Position numbers and translations under genes: made by a program
NCBI GenBank assembly: GCA_964548205.1
Contig: CAZJPJ010000001.1
Location: 60,086 to 124,085 of the forward strand
Source of the DNA: an uncultured Candidatus Saccharibacteria bacterium
Lineage (GTDB): Bacteria > Patescibacteriota > Minisyncoccia > Phycocordibacterales > WO2-35-19
Direction of reading: 5' to 3'
DNA: 64,000 bases
Shown: piece after piece, positions 16,245-25,004 of the stretch
Layout of the letters: each line of letters begins with the position of its first letter
How positions within the stretch are numbered: position 1 is the stretch's first letter
The notes under the pieces: model-generated
Told to the model about the DNA's origin: nothing
The model's database searches: none
The model's input: only the letters and a program-made list of their open reading frames with translations

Positions 16245-16814
16245 ATGTCGAGCTTATATCAGCTTGCGAACTCAATGCATTTTGCGTGGATCGCGTTGTT
16301 CGGTACAGCAATGCTGTGTCTATCTCTCTTTTTCGGTGGTGATCATGACCACGAGGTCGATCATGGTGCCGATGGGGGCGGAGAACACGATGCTGACCAC
16401 GGCGGCGATGGAAACATGTCTATCTTGTCGTTCAAAGTGTTGTGGATGTTCATGGTTGGCTTCGGTGCTGGAGGCTACTTCGGTGCTCAAGCTAAAGCGA
16501 CTGTTCTCGGTGCTTCCATGTCCGGGCTCTTAGCGGGTCTCATAATGGGCGCGCTTGGATATGTCGCTATGAACTATCTGTACCGACACCAAGGCAACAG
16601 CGTCACGAAGACGAGTTCTGTCGTTGGGTCCACTGCTGTAGTGGACACGGCAATTTTGCCTGGCCAACTTGGTGAGGTGAAGTGCATCACTGACGGTCGC
16701 ACGGAATACTTTTCGGCACAATCAAATGTCGGGACACCGATTCCGGTGGCGTCGAGAGTTAAAGTGGTAGACTCAACGGGCAGCGTGCTCGTAGTAGAGC
16801 CATACAACAACTGA
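16245..16814 (+). CDS. NfeD-like membrane protein (short form, C-terminal OB-fold), partner of SPFH/flotillin proteins
   Basis: His/Asp-rich N-terminus and TM helices, then C-terminal GEVKCITDGRTEYFSAQSNVGTPIPVASRVKVVDSTGSVLVVEP (NfeD beta-barrel). It immediately precedes the flotillin gene. Strongly GC-rich. Confidence 0.7.
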   Translation: MSSLYQLANSMHFAWIALFGTAMLCLSLFFGGDHDHEVDHGADGGGEHDADHGGDGNMSILSFKVLWMFMVGFGAGGYFGAQAKATVLGASMSGLLAGLIMGALGYVAMNYLYRHQGNSVTKTSSVVGSTAVVDTAILPGQLGEVKCITDGRTEYFSAQSNVGTPIPVASRVKVVDSTGSVLVVEPYNN

Positions 16815-16834
16815 TCAACAAAAAGGAGAAAAAC

Positions 16835-18598
16835 ATGCAGATTACAAACGACCTCTGGTCTATCATTGCAACCCCAATCATAATCTTGCTCGTAGTGGCA
16901 GCAATCGGTGGGCTCTTACACACACTGAGCAATCGCTACGTCAAGGTTCCTCCGCAGAAGGCACTCATCGTCTATGGCGGCGGGAAAACTCGCGTTGTGT
17001 CTGGTGGTGCCAAGTTCGTAATGCCGTTCGTCGAGAACTTTTTCTTTCTCGACCTGTCGCTGTTCCAGTTCAACGTCTCATTGGAAAATGTGCCAAACAA
17101 GGACAGTGTGCCGGTCAACGTGAAGGCAAGTGTTTCGGCGAAGATTAGCAACAAGGAGGAGATGCTCCCTGTTGCGGCTGGCATTTTCGGCGAGGGCTCG
17201 CTCAAAGAGATTTCGGATAAGGTTCGCGGCATTGTCGACGGCCACGTCCGAGCACTCATCGGCCAGTCCGACATGGAAACCATCCTGCGTGACCAGGATA
17301 CCTTCAAGCAGCAGATCAGCAACCTCGTTTCAACCGAGATGGCTAAAATCGGCTGCGAGATTATCGTCCTGAACATTCAGGAAGTCAGCGATCCTCACGG
17401 GGTCATCGAATCTTTGGGCAAACCGAAGATCGCTGAGGTGAAAGCCGAAGCGGCCATTCGAGAAGCCGAGCAGACTCGACGCCAGACCATCGATACCACC
17501 AACGCTCAGCGCGAAGCTGAGAAGGTGGCTGCTGCCAACAAGGCGCAGATCGCCGAGGCCCAGCGTGATCTAAACACCAAGCAGGCCGGTTACGACGCGG
17601 AAGTGGCCAGGCAGCGAGCAATCGCTGCTCAAGCTGGTCCGCTCGCCGAAGCCGAAGCCCGCAGGGGTGTGGTTGTGGCGGAGGTGGCGGTCGAAGAGGC
17701 TGACACCGAGGCTCGGACCAAACTGCAAGGCAAGGTCAAGGAGCTGAAGAAAGCCGAACTCGACGCTAACCTCATAACCGAGGCTAATGCCAAGGCGGAA
17801 CAATCCGTCATTGTGGCGGAGGGTGCTAAGAAAGCGGCGGTTATCACCGCAGAAGCGGCACGCACCAAACTCACCATCGAGGCTGAAGCTGCGGCGTCTG
17901 CTCGCGAAAAGAAGGCCGAGGGTGATCGTAAGGCTCTCGAACTCGAGGGTCAGGGCGAAGCGGCTAAGGCCAAGCTGGTCGGCGAAGCTGCGGCGGAAGT
18001 CGCTCGCAAAACCGGTGAAGGCGAAGCGGCGGCGAAGAAGGCGAACCTTCTAGCTGAAGCTGAAGGTCGTGAAGCCAATGCCAAAGCGACGCAAGCTCAA
18101 CTTTTGGCTGAAGCCGAAGGTCAGAAGGCCAAGGCAGCTGCAACCAAGGAAGAATTGCTTGCACGCGCGGCTGGTACGGAAGCCGAACTGCTTGCTCAGG
18201 CAATGGGTGTGGCTAAAATGTTGGAAAACTTCCAAGATCTCACTCCGGAGCAGATGAGAATGCTCCAGACCAAGTGGGTTCTGGAAATCCTTCCTTCAGC
18301 CATCGAGAAACTCGGTGGTGCCGGCGAAAAGATCATGGCTGAAGTAGCTAAGCCAATTGCGGCAGCTCTTGGGTCCATCGATAACATCACTGTGTACGAT
18401 TCTGGCTCCGGTACCAATGGTGCTGGTGGCCTAGAACGCTACGCGAAGATCGCTCCGCAGGCACTCATGCAGGCCTTCATGTCATTGAAGGAAACTGGCA
18501 TGTTGCCGATGGTCGCGACGGCTTTGAAGAAGGCTGGTGTGGATGTGTCCTCTCTTATGCCAATGGGCACTGAAGACGACACGGCCAAGCTGTCGTAG
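16835..18598 (+). CDS. floT: flotillin-like SPFH (band 7) protein (FloT/YuaG-like)
   Basis: N-terminal TM, SPFH domain (KALIVYGGGKTRVVSGG...ILRDQDTFKQQISNLV), then a long Ala/Glu-rich coiled-coil (EA repeats) and a C-terminal flotillin tail. About 60% GC by eye against an AT-rich backbone. Confidence 0.85.
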   Translation: MQITNDLWSIIATPIIILLVVAAIGGLLHTLSNRYVKVPPQKALIVYGGGKTRVVSGGAKFVMPFVENFFFLDLSLFQFNVSLENVPNKDSVPVNVKASVSAKISNKEEMLPVAAGIFGEGSLKEISDKVRGIVDGHVRALIGQSDMETILRDQDTFKQQISNLVSTEMAKIGCEIIVLNIQEVSDPHGVIESLGKPKIAEVKAEAAIREAEQTRRQTIDTTNAQREAEKVAAANKAQIAEAQRDLNTKQAGYDAEVARQRAIAAQAGPLAEAEARRGVVVAEVAVEEADTEARTKLQGKVKELKKAELDANLITEANAKAEQSVIVAEGAKKAAVITAEAARTKLTIEAEAAASAREKKAEGDRKALELEGQGEAAKAKLVGEAAAEVARKTGEGEAAAKKANLLAEAEGREANAKATQAQLLAEAEGQKAKAAATKEELLARAAGTEAELLAQAMGVAKMLENFQDLTPEQMRMLQTKWVLEILPSAIEKLGGAGEKIMAEVAKPIAAALGSIDNITVYDSGSGTNGAGGLERYAKIAPQALMQAFMSLKETGMLPMVATALKKAGVDVSSLMPMGTEDDTAKLS

Positions 18599-18600
18599 AC

Positions 18601-18640
18601 ATGTAGGGCCGAGCAAGCAGCTCGGCCCTACATTTTAAGG
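18601..18640 (+). terminator. hairpin ATGTAGGGCCGAGC, loop aagca, GCTCGGCCCTACAT, then TTTAAGG
   Basis: 14-bp perfect stem immediately after the floT stop. Confidence 0.6.
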
Positions 18641-18653
18641 AGAAAGGAAAAAG

Positions 18654-19109
18654 ATGAGAACTTATACTTCAAGTAGTGTCTGGAACGACAAACGGCCAAG
18701 TGCCTTAGTTGTATACTGTAGCGATGGAAGGTTCCATCAACACATCCAAGAATTTGTTGACATGGGGCTCGGTATACCTGAGAGCGATCTCTTGGCTATC
18801 CCTGGTGGGCCGCATGCGCTACAACATGTCTCTGCTTATCCTAAGGCACGGTGGGCAAGCAAGTTTTTTCTTGAGTTCTTAGCCAAGCATCACCAGATTT
18901 CTCGGATTGTTCTAATCGGGCACGAGGGGTGCGCGTGGTATCGATCGGTGGTTTTTCAGGAGGTCGAGCTCAATGTGCTTAGAGATCGACAAAGTAAAGA
19001 TCTGAAGAACGTGCTGGGTCTAGTGAAGGAGACGCACCCAGGAGCCACAGTCGAGTTGTACTTCGCTAGACCAAAAGGAGATTCGGTGGAGTTCACTTTG
19101 ATTAAGTAG
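18654..19109 (+). CDS. hypothetical protein with beta-carbonic-anhydrase-like Cys/Asp/His motifs
   Basis: VVYCSDGRF and LIGHEGCAW resemble the beta-CA zinc-site motifs C(S)D(S)R and HxxC. The product is only 151 aa, so the assignment is tentative. GC-rich. Confidence 0.35.
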   Translation: MRTYTSSSVWNDKRPSALVVYCSDGRFHQHIQEFVDMGLGIPESDLLAIPGGPHALQHVSAYPKARWASKFFLEFLAKHHQISRIVLIGHEGCAWYRSVVFQEVELNVLRDRQSKDLKNVLGLVKETHPGATVELYFARPKGDSVEFTLIK

Positions 19110-19128
19110 CGACTTCTTACCCCATGGT

Positions 19129-19170
19129 CCGGCGTTTCCCTAGGGGGAGCGCCGGGCTATTTCTTTTGAC
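19129..19170 (+). terminator. hairpin CCGGCG, 15-nt loop, CGCCGG, then CTATTTCTTTT
   Basis: Read directly after the stop of the 18654..19109 ORF. Confidence 0.5.
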
Positions 19171-19221
19171 AATTTTTAGTTTTTACTTGCCCCCTGCTTT
19201 GTATGGGGGTATATTTTTTAT

Positions 19222-19758
19222 ATGGACGATGAAGAAGAAAAACAAGAGGATAAGAAGATAGGTGCAGAATCAGAATCAAAAGCTAAGACAGAAGAATCTA
19301 TAGAAAGTGCTGACCAAGCTCTCGATCAGCCGGACGCATCTGAAAATATAGAGGTGAAGAAGGAAGAAGAACCGGAAGAGCATATTGTAGTAGAAAAGAT
19401 AGGTAATAAGACGGTTGAAAGAAGAGGGGGTGATGTCACTATCACAGAAGTGATGCAAGAAGAGCCCGCCCCGCCAAGGGCGGGGCGGGCCTCAGAATCA
19501 GTCGCCTTCCCTGCCCCGTTCACACAAAAAGGTCTTTGGCAACAGTATTTGCAAAAAACTAACGAAAGAAAAAGAAAGAAGCTCGATAAGATAGTGGAGT
19601 ATTTGAACAAAAATCAAAAAATATCGAACGATCAAGTAGAAAAACTTTTGCGTGTCTCTGATGCTACGGCTACACGGTATCTAGACCAGCTCGAGAAAGA
19701 AAACAAAATAAAACAAGTAGGAACGACCGGAAGACATACTCATTATGTTTTGTCCTAA
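19222..19758 (+). CDS. acidic protein with a C-terminal winged-helix DNA-binding domain
   Basis: N-terminus is Glu/Asp/Lys-rich low complexity. C-terminus ISNDQVEKLLRVSDATATRYLDQLEKENKIKQVGTTGRHTHYVL is DeoR/FaeA-like wHTH. A GC-rich palindrome (19471-19497) is embedded in-frame. Confidence 0.5.
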   Translation: MDDEEEKQEDKKIGAESESKAKTEESIESADQALDQPDASENIEVKKEEEPEEHIVVEKIGNKTVERRGGDVTITEVMQEEPAPPRAGRASESVAFPAPFTQKGLWQQYLQKTNERKRKKLDKIVEYLNKNQKISNDQVEKLLRVSDATATRYLDQLEKENKIKQVGTTGRHTHYVLS

Positions 19759-19958
19759 TAGGACATTTATTTGCAAGGGTTGACACACTCTCTCACTTTG
19801 TTAGACTTCTTCTATTACCAGCTAATCTTTTTTGAAATGAATCCAGACGAAACAACAAATGGTGACGCAACAATGCCAGAAGGTGAAATGATGCCTGAAG
19901 GCGCAGAAGGAGAAGCTCTAGCTGATAAAGAATAATTTCGCAAGAAATATTCAAGCAC

Positions 19959-19990
19959 AAAAAAATCGCGAGTCTTCGCGATTTTTTTGT
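19959..19990. terminator. bidirectional intrinsic terminator: A7, TCGCGA, loop gtct, TCGCGA, T7
   Basis: Perfect hairpin flanked by an A-run and a T-run. Confidence 0.6.
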
Positions 19991-20018
19991 GAGGATTATT
20001 TATTTTACTCCTTCACTG

Positions 20019-20963
20019 TCATCTTGTGTGTGATGGATATATTTGCGTATCAATACGTCTGATAAAACAATACTCCCCCTCCGGGTGAAACCAGTTGTAA
20101 TTATCGGAGGTCGGTGCATATTGAGGCGCATTGCCCTGATTGTTCGAATTAAAGCTTGCGCATAGCTCAAAATTAATTTCTCCAGTTTTGTTGTAGATTA
20201 TAGAACTTGTATTGTCGCTGTATTTAATGTTCATTTCTTCTAGAGATTCTCCGATCATACCGTTTGTTTGCCAATAATTTATTATTTGCCATTGCATGTT
20301 TTGCATCGATAATATTGTTTGCTCGTCCTCTCTTGCCAGCCTCTGGTTTTTTGGTGAGCCAATTATAGCAAAACCTAGGATTATGGAAGCGATAACAAGT
20401 ACCACCGATATGTAGGTGTAGACCCTCCGAGCTTTGATAGTTACATGATCTCTTATTTCAGATATATAGTAGCCAAATACTACTCCGCTTACTCCGAGTA
20501 CTGTCAGAGCTTTTAGTATGAACGCCCAAGTGATATCTTGACCATCCAAAAATTTGTACAGAATCCAAATAAGGTCTCCAGTAAAGATAATACCTGCTAT
20601 GAACAAGGTTATATAAGTCAGCCATTTTCTGACACTTAGATTTTTCTTGTTCTGGTCTTCGTTGTAACTTTTATTTACCAAATATGAGATCAAGATGAAT
20701 AGTGGAAATACGATGATAAGTACCGCTACAGGGAAGCTGATCTCTGAGCTATTGGCCCAGTAGTAATATTTGTTTACCTCTGGGTAGGATTTGTTTATTA
20801 TCCGAAAAAGTAAATTGACGAAACTTATACACACAGCATAAAGGCTGATCATTGAGCCAAGATGTAAGAAAAAATCTCTGGCATGAGAGGTCGTTTTCAG
20901 TTCTGAGCTGTTATAAACGATTGTGTTATTTTCCATTGAATAATTTTTATCTAATAAAATCAA
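20019..20963 (-). CDS. polytopic membrane protein with a C-terminal extracytoplasmic domain (hypothetical)
   Basis: Several hydrophobic helices. Its start overlaps the stop of the upstream gene at 20947-20963. Confidence 0.5.
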   Translation of the reverse strand: MILLDKNYSMENNTIVYNSSELKTTSHARDFFLHLGSMISLYAVCISFVNLLFRIINKSYPEVNKYYYWANSSEISFPVAVLIIVFPLFILISYLVNKSYNEDQNKKNLSVRKWLTYITLFIAGIIFTGDLIWILYKFLDGQDITWAFILKALTVLGVSGVVFGYYISEIRDHVTIKARRVYTYISVVLVIASIILGFAIIGSPKNQRLAREDEQTILSMQNMQWQIINYWQTNGMIGESLEEMNIKYSDNTSSIIYNKTGEINFELCASFNSNNQGNAPQYAPTSDNYNWFHPEGEYCFIRRIDTQIYPSHTR

Positions 20964-21459
20964 AAGTGTCTATGATGATGTCTCTGTATTCAGCTCTGTC
21001 GAAATGTATCTCTACGACCTGTTGATTGTCAGACAGTAAACCAAAAAACTTGATCATGATATTTTTATCTTGTTCATTCATATTATACTCTACCCCATTT
21101 TTGTTTGTAGCCACTCTTATATGCTCTTCGCCATTCTTTTTTAGTATCACATTGATTTCGGATACACTTTTGGTTTGTCCCGAGTCTTTGTTTTTATAAT
21201 CATGATTTATTCTCACTATAAAGTTTTCTTCGCTTACCTTCTCTATACTCGAGGCTTCGTTTGTGGCAAGTGGGTAGTTGAAGACAAACGGGGCTCCAAG
21301 AAAACTAAACTCTCCCAAAGTTCTGTTTGGATATAAGACTGGAGAATCTTTTTGTTCTTGTAGGGTTTTATTATTAATCCGATCTTTCTGAAAGGTAAAG
21401 AGGTAGACTAAGTAGACAAGTGCTAAGGCCACCAAAACTAATATCGTTATTTTCAACAT
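20947..21459 (-). CDS. hypothetical signal-anchored protein
   Basis: N-terminus MLKITILVLVALALVYLVYLF; no recognised motif. Confidence 0.45.
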   Translation of the reverse strand: MLKITILVLVALALVYLVYLFTFQKDRINNKTLQEQKDSPVLYPNRTLGEFSFLGAPFVFNYPLATNEASSIEKVSEENFIVRINHDYKNKDSGQTKSVSEINVILKKNGEEHIRVATNKNGVEYNMNEQDKNIMIKFFGLLSDNQQVVEIHFDRAEYRDIIIDTFDFIR

Positions 21460-21514
21460 GCTTATATTATACCATTTTTTGCCATTCCAATATTCTTAAG
21501 AAAAGCAGAATAGT

Positions 21515-22615
21515 TTAGATTCTAAACTCGATCACATCACCATCTTTCACAATGTATTCCTTGCCTTCAGTACGCAAAAGGCCCTTTTCGCGGGCGGCGG
21601 CGTATGAGCCTGCTTCAAGAAGTTTGTCCCACTCTATGACCTCGGCTCGGATAAACTTATCGCGAAAATCAGTGTGTATGGCAGTGCCTGCTATAGGTGC
21701 CGTACTCCCCTTCTTTATCGTCCAAGCTCTTGTCTCATCTTCGCCTGTAGTAAAGAAAGATTGGAGGCCGAGCAATTCGTAGCTTTGTATCACGAGCTCC
21801 GATAATCCATCGTCATTAGAACCCATTTCTTTTCTGAACACCTCTTTTTCCTCACCCTCAAAATCTTTTAGTTCATTCTCGATATTGGCATCTATTATGG
21901 TGTATTTTGATCCGGTCTTCTGCATAAAATCTATGAGCTTATCAAATCGTTCGTCGCCTACTTCATCAAGATTTTTGCCGCCAGCTTTTTTGTTCAGTGC
22001 ATACATCAAGGGCTTCATGGTGAGAAGTTGGAGCTGCTTTATTAGTGGTTGTTCTTCTTTTTCCAACTCTACAGTACTGGCTAGTTGTCCGGCCTCAAAA
22101 GTGGCAAGCATTTTCTTTATTATTTTTTCTAGAAATAGGGCTTCATTGTCGCCTCTCTTGATATCTTTCTCAAGAGATTTCAATCGATTTGACACTGTCT
22201 CCATATCTTTGAGTATGAGCTCAAGGTTTATTGTCTCTATATCTCTCAGTGGGTCTATGCCTCCATCTACGTGTATTACCCTTTCGTCATCAAATATACG
22301 TACCACTTCTAGTATAGCGTCGCATCCACTTATGTATTGCAAAAATTCATTTCCTCTTCCCTCGTCCTTAGAAGCACCTCTTACTAGCCCAGCTATATCG
22401 ACAAATTCTATGACGGCTGGAATCTTTTTTTTCGATTTTGAAAAGTCGTTCAATTTTTCAAGTCTATGATCTGGTACTGGCAAAACTCCATATGAAGGGT
22501 CGATAGTACAAAAAGGATAATTTTCGGCCGCCACACTCTTTTTGGTAAGCGCATTAAAAAGTGTGGACTTCCCCACGTTTGGCAGACCCACTATTCCTAC
22601 TGAAATATTCGCCAT
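21515..22615 (-). CDS. ychF: ribosome-binding ATPase YchF (Obg-family GTPase) with C-terminal TGS domain
   Basis: P-loop GIVGLPNVGKSTLFNALT, the YchF-specific NYPFCTIDP, and a C-terminal TGS end EYIVKDGDVIEFRI. Confidence 0.9.
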   Translation of the reverse strand: MANISVGIVGLPNVGKSTLFNALTKKSVAAENYPFCTIDPSYGVLPVPDHRLEKLNDFSKSKKKIPAVIEFVDIAGLVRGASKDEGRGNEFLQYISGCDAILEVVRIFDDERVIHVDGGIDPLRDIETINLELILKDMETVSNRLKSLEKDIKRGDNEALFLEKIIKKMLATFEAGQLASTVELEKEEQPLIKQLQLLTMKPLMYALNKKAGGKNLDEVGDERFDKLIDFMQKTGSKYTIIDANIENELKDFEGEEKEVFRKEMGSNDDGLSELVIQSYELLGLQSFFTTGEDETRAWTIKKGSTAPIAGTAIHTDFRDKFIRAEVIEWDKLLEAGSYAAAREKGLLRTEGKEYIVKDGDVIEFRI

Positions 22616-22651
22616 AGTCGTTTAAATATAATGAAAAATTGGGTAAAAAGA

Positions 22652-22695
22652 AAGCCCGCGCTAGGCCAAAGGGCCTAGCGCGGGCGATGATCTGA
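22652..22695 (-). terminator. hairpin GCCCGCGCTAGGCC, loop aaag, GGCCTAGCGCGGGC, with TTTCTTTTT on the minus strand
   Basis: 14-bp perfect stem downstream of the 22749..23450 gene. Confidence 0.6.
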
Positions 22696-22748
22696 TTCTT
22701 GGGCAGCACGAGGTGTTTCGTTATGATAATTCCGAAAGTGGCATGTCT

Positions 22749-23450
22749 CTACAAAGCTACAAACGACTGCGGCCACGATACGCTTACATTACCAGCTTGA
22801 TCGATTGATTCGATCATATAGTAGTAAGTGCTGCCGGGTATCAGATTTACAAGTCCGAGTGAGTGAAAGTTCGACTGATAAGCTGTATTGTCGTTGACAA
22901 CCTGACCTAGTATCAGAGGAGCTGTCTTTGGTGTATTTGTCTCAAAGAATGTCAGTGGTTGTGTACTGTAATAGACTTTGTTTCTCGTCAGTTCGTTTGT
23001 GTTCCATTGTATCGATGCAGTGTTGGATGTTCTGTTTATCACTACTCCAGATATGATGGGTGCATTGATATCGCCTGAAACACTGCCAGTAGTTCCAGTA
23101 CCAAAGGCCAAGTTGTTGAGTTGGTTTATAGTGATCGGTCCTATTCTGCCGACTGGAGATATGCCATATGCAGATTGAAATCTAGTAACCGCTGCTCTGG
23201 TAAGCGGTCCGAAATATCCTGTCACCAAACCTTCTGGATATATTGCGCTATTGCCAGCAAGAAAAGTTTGTAACTTTGTAACTTCAGAACCACTGTCGCC
23301 TTCATCCATCTGTATCGAGAACGGTGCACTTATGGGGCCAAACCCACCCGACTGTGCCTGTGTCGTAGTACTCCAAAAGACTAGTCCGGATACAAGCAGA
23401 CTCACTACCAAAGCAAAAGATATTTTGTTGTTTTTGTTTAATTTTTTCAT
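22749..23450 (-). CDS. secreted protein with a peptidoglycan-binding-like domain and an Fn3-like domain
   Basis: Signal peptide; VTKLQTFLAGNSAIYPEGLVTGYFGPLTRAAVTRFQSAYGI is a PG_binding_1-like motif. C-terminus SIQWNTNELTRNKVYYST...STYYYMIESIDQAGN is paralogous to 56112..56795. Confidence 0.55.
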   Translation of the reverse strand: MKKLNKNNKISFALVVSLLVSGLVFWSTTTQAQSGGFGPISAPFSIQMDEGDSGSEVTKLQTFLAGNSAIYPEGLVTGYFGPLTRAAVTRFQSAYGISPVGRIGPITINQLNNLAFGTGTTGSVSGDINAPIISGVVINRTSNTASIQWNTNELTRNKVYYSTQPLTFFETNTPKTAPLILGQVVNDNTAYQSNFHSLGLVNLIPGSTYYYMIESIDQAGNVSVSWPQSFVAL

Positions 23451-23588
23451 ATTTTTCGTCTATTTTTGTAGATTTAAGGCTAGTAATGACGACCTATACT
23501 TATATAGACGATTTGAGCGACCTATTCTTTTGTTTACATAGCACTTTATGTGTCCCCTGCTTTGTTTTGGAGTATGTCTAAGTTGGGC

Positions 23589-23617
23589 TTGACAAATATT
23601 CTATACTATATTAGTAT
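23589..23617 (+). promoter_or_regulatory. sigma70-like promoter: TTGACA, 17-nt spacer, TAGTAT; SD GAGGAG at about 23665
   Basis: Read directly. Confidence 0.45.
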
Positions 23618-23682
23618 ACCCCCCGGACCCCGAGGTAGCGATACCGAGGGGCCGAACTCTCAAAACTGAGGAGAAAGAAACT

Positions 23683-24297
23683 TTGAAAATCAAGACAATG
23701 TTGTTGGCGGTGTTAGCCGTCTTTCTGATGCTCGTCTCGCCCGCCGCGGCGGGGCTGATCGATGGTTTCGACGTATCTCAAGCCGAACTGACCACGACTG
23801 GTTGCAACGGACCTGTGGCGATCGGCGGAGGTGTGACTCGGGGGATGTGTCTCACGTCAAACGGTGGCGTCCCGCCGGTGGATCACCGGTCTGTCATCGA
23901 CTTTGGTGTCCTTGAGATCAACAATGGCACCGGCGATGACAGCGATGTTGTATTGACCTATTCCGGGCTATCCCTGCCGTCGGGTGGTTACTTCTACATC
24001 CAAGCCTCGCTGGATGGGAATCCGGCAATGATCACCTTTGGAGGTACGGCGTCGGGGGTCATCAACTTGGCTCCCAATACCACCATGGCGTGGTATCAAA
24101 CCACGGCTCAGGGGGCGATTACCAGCGATGTGACACTAACCTTCACTGGTGCGCGAGGGTACGATTTGCAGGCTGATAATTTCGGCCATCAGGCCGTCCC
24201 CGAGCCGGGGACGACCGCACTACTCGGCCTCGGCCTTGCAGGCCTCGGCCTCGCGCGGCGGCGCGATCGGATCGTCGCCGCAATCAAACGGGAGTGA
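23683..24297 (+). CDS. PEP-CTERM sorting-domain secreted protein
   Basis: Signal peptide MKIKTMLLAVLAVFLMLVSPAAA. C-terminus VPEPGTTALLGLGLAGLGLARRRDR is the PEP motif, a hydrophobic helix and an Arg cluster. TTG start at 23683 per the ORF track, or ATG at 23698. Very GC-rich. Confidence 0.7.
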   Translation: MKIKTMLLAVLAVFLMLVSPAAAGLIDGFDVSQAELTTTGCNGPVAIGGGVTRGMCLTSNGGVPPVDHRSVIDFGVLEINNGTGDDSDVVLTYSGLSLPSGGYFYIQASLDGNPAMITFGGTASGVINLAPNTTMAWYQTTAQGAITSDVTLTFTGARGYDLQADNFGHQAVPEPGTTALLGLGLAGLGLARRRDRIVAAIKRE

Positions 24298-24309
24298 ACC
24301 TCCCACAAC

Positions 24310-24350
24310 CTGCCCGCACACCCAACGGTGTGCGGGCAGTATTCGTTTTA
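24310..24350 (+). terminator. hairpin CTGCCCGCACAC, loop ccaacg, GTGTGCGGGCAG, then TATTCGTTTT
   Basis: 12-bp perfect stem plus a U-tract. Confidence 0.6.
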
Positions 24351-24418
24351 CATTTTCGTATTTATAATTTTTTGCTACAATTAACCTTTAATCGCAATAA
24401 TTTCTCAAATATTTTTTA

Positions 24419-24946
24419 ATGCAAAGTATCAAATCAAAGTTTTGGAATTATTTGCCAGAGTTTGTTTATGGCTCTATCGACGGTACTGTCACTACTTTTG
24501 CGATCATAGCTGGCATCGCAGGGGCAGAGCTCAATTCAGGCATTGTGCTTATCCTAGGATTTTCAAATGTTTTGGCAGATGGTTTTTCCATGGCTTCTTC
24601 GAACTTTCTGTCCGAAGAGTCGCACAAAGATCAGTTGGCAAATAATGGTGAAGTCCACGAGAGCAACCCATGGAAGACAGCTCTTGCTACTTTTTTCTCT
24701 TTTATCATAGTCGGGTCTGTGCCTCTTGTTTCTTATGTACTGAGCTACTTATCTCCCGGTCTTATCACAGATGAATTCAAAGTTGCCTCTATTCTGACTC
24801 TCCTAACCTTTTTCTTTATAGGTTTGATTCGCGGCGCAGTCTCTCATAAGTCTTCGCTAAAGACAGCCCTTCAGACTTGTCTTATCGGTATCATTGCCGC
24901 CCTTGTCGCCTACTTTGTCGGCGCTGCTCTCAAAAACCTAGCCTAA
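24419..24946 (+). CDS. VIT1/CCC1-family membrane protein (putative Fe/Mn transporter)
   Basis: YGSIDGTVTTFAIIAGIAGAELN...ILGFSNVLADGFSMA matches the VIT family signature. Confidence 0.65.
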   Translation: MQSIKSKFWNYLPEFVYGSIDGTVTTFAIIAGIAGAELNSGIVLILGFSNVLADGFSMASSNFLSEESHKDQLANNGEVHESNPWKTALATFFSFIIVGSVPLVSYVLSYLSPGLITDEFKVASILTLLTFFFIGLIRGAVSHKSSLKTALQTCLIGIIAALVAYFVGAALKNLA

Positions 24947-24968
24947 ACCCGACTCCCTTTTGACATAA

Positions 24969-24994
24969 TAGTACTCTTATATATAATTAACCCC
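24969..24994 (+). promoter_or_regulatory. candidate promoter of the atp operon: TTGACA, 17-nt spacer, TATATA/TATAAT
   Basis: TTGACATAATAGTACTCTTATATATAATT read directly. Confidence 0.4.
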
Positions 24995-25004
24995 TTGTTT
25001 TGCT

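Noticed and set aside
15981-16260. Canonical T-box riboswitch before leuS
   Set aside because: The terminator/antiterminator topology is present but the conserved T-box sequence (AGGGTGGNACCGCG) is not found, so it was reported only as a generic attenuator candidate.
16264-18417. Numerous overlapping ORFs on both strands inside the NfeD/flotillin region (for example 16264..16533, 17130..17372, 17629..17877, 17787..18053, 17964..18203)
   Set aside because: These are artefacts of the high GC content, which gives few stop codons. They are Arg/Ala/Pro-rich low-complexity translations nested inside a gene with clear SPFH and flotillin motifs.
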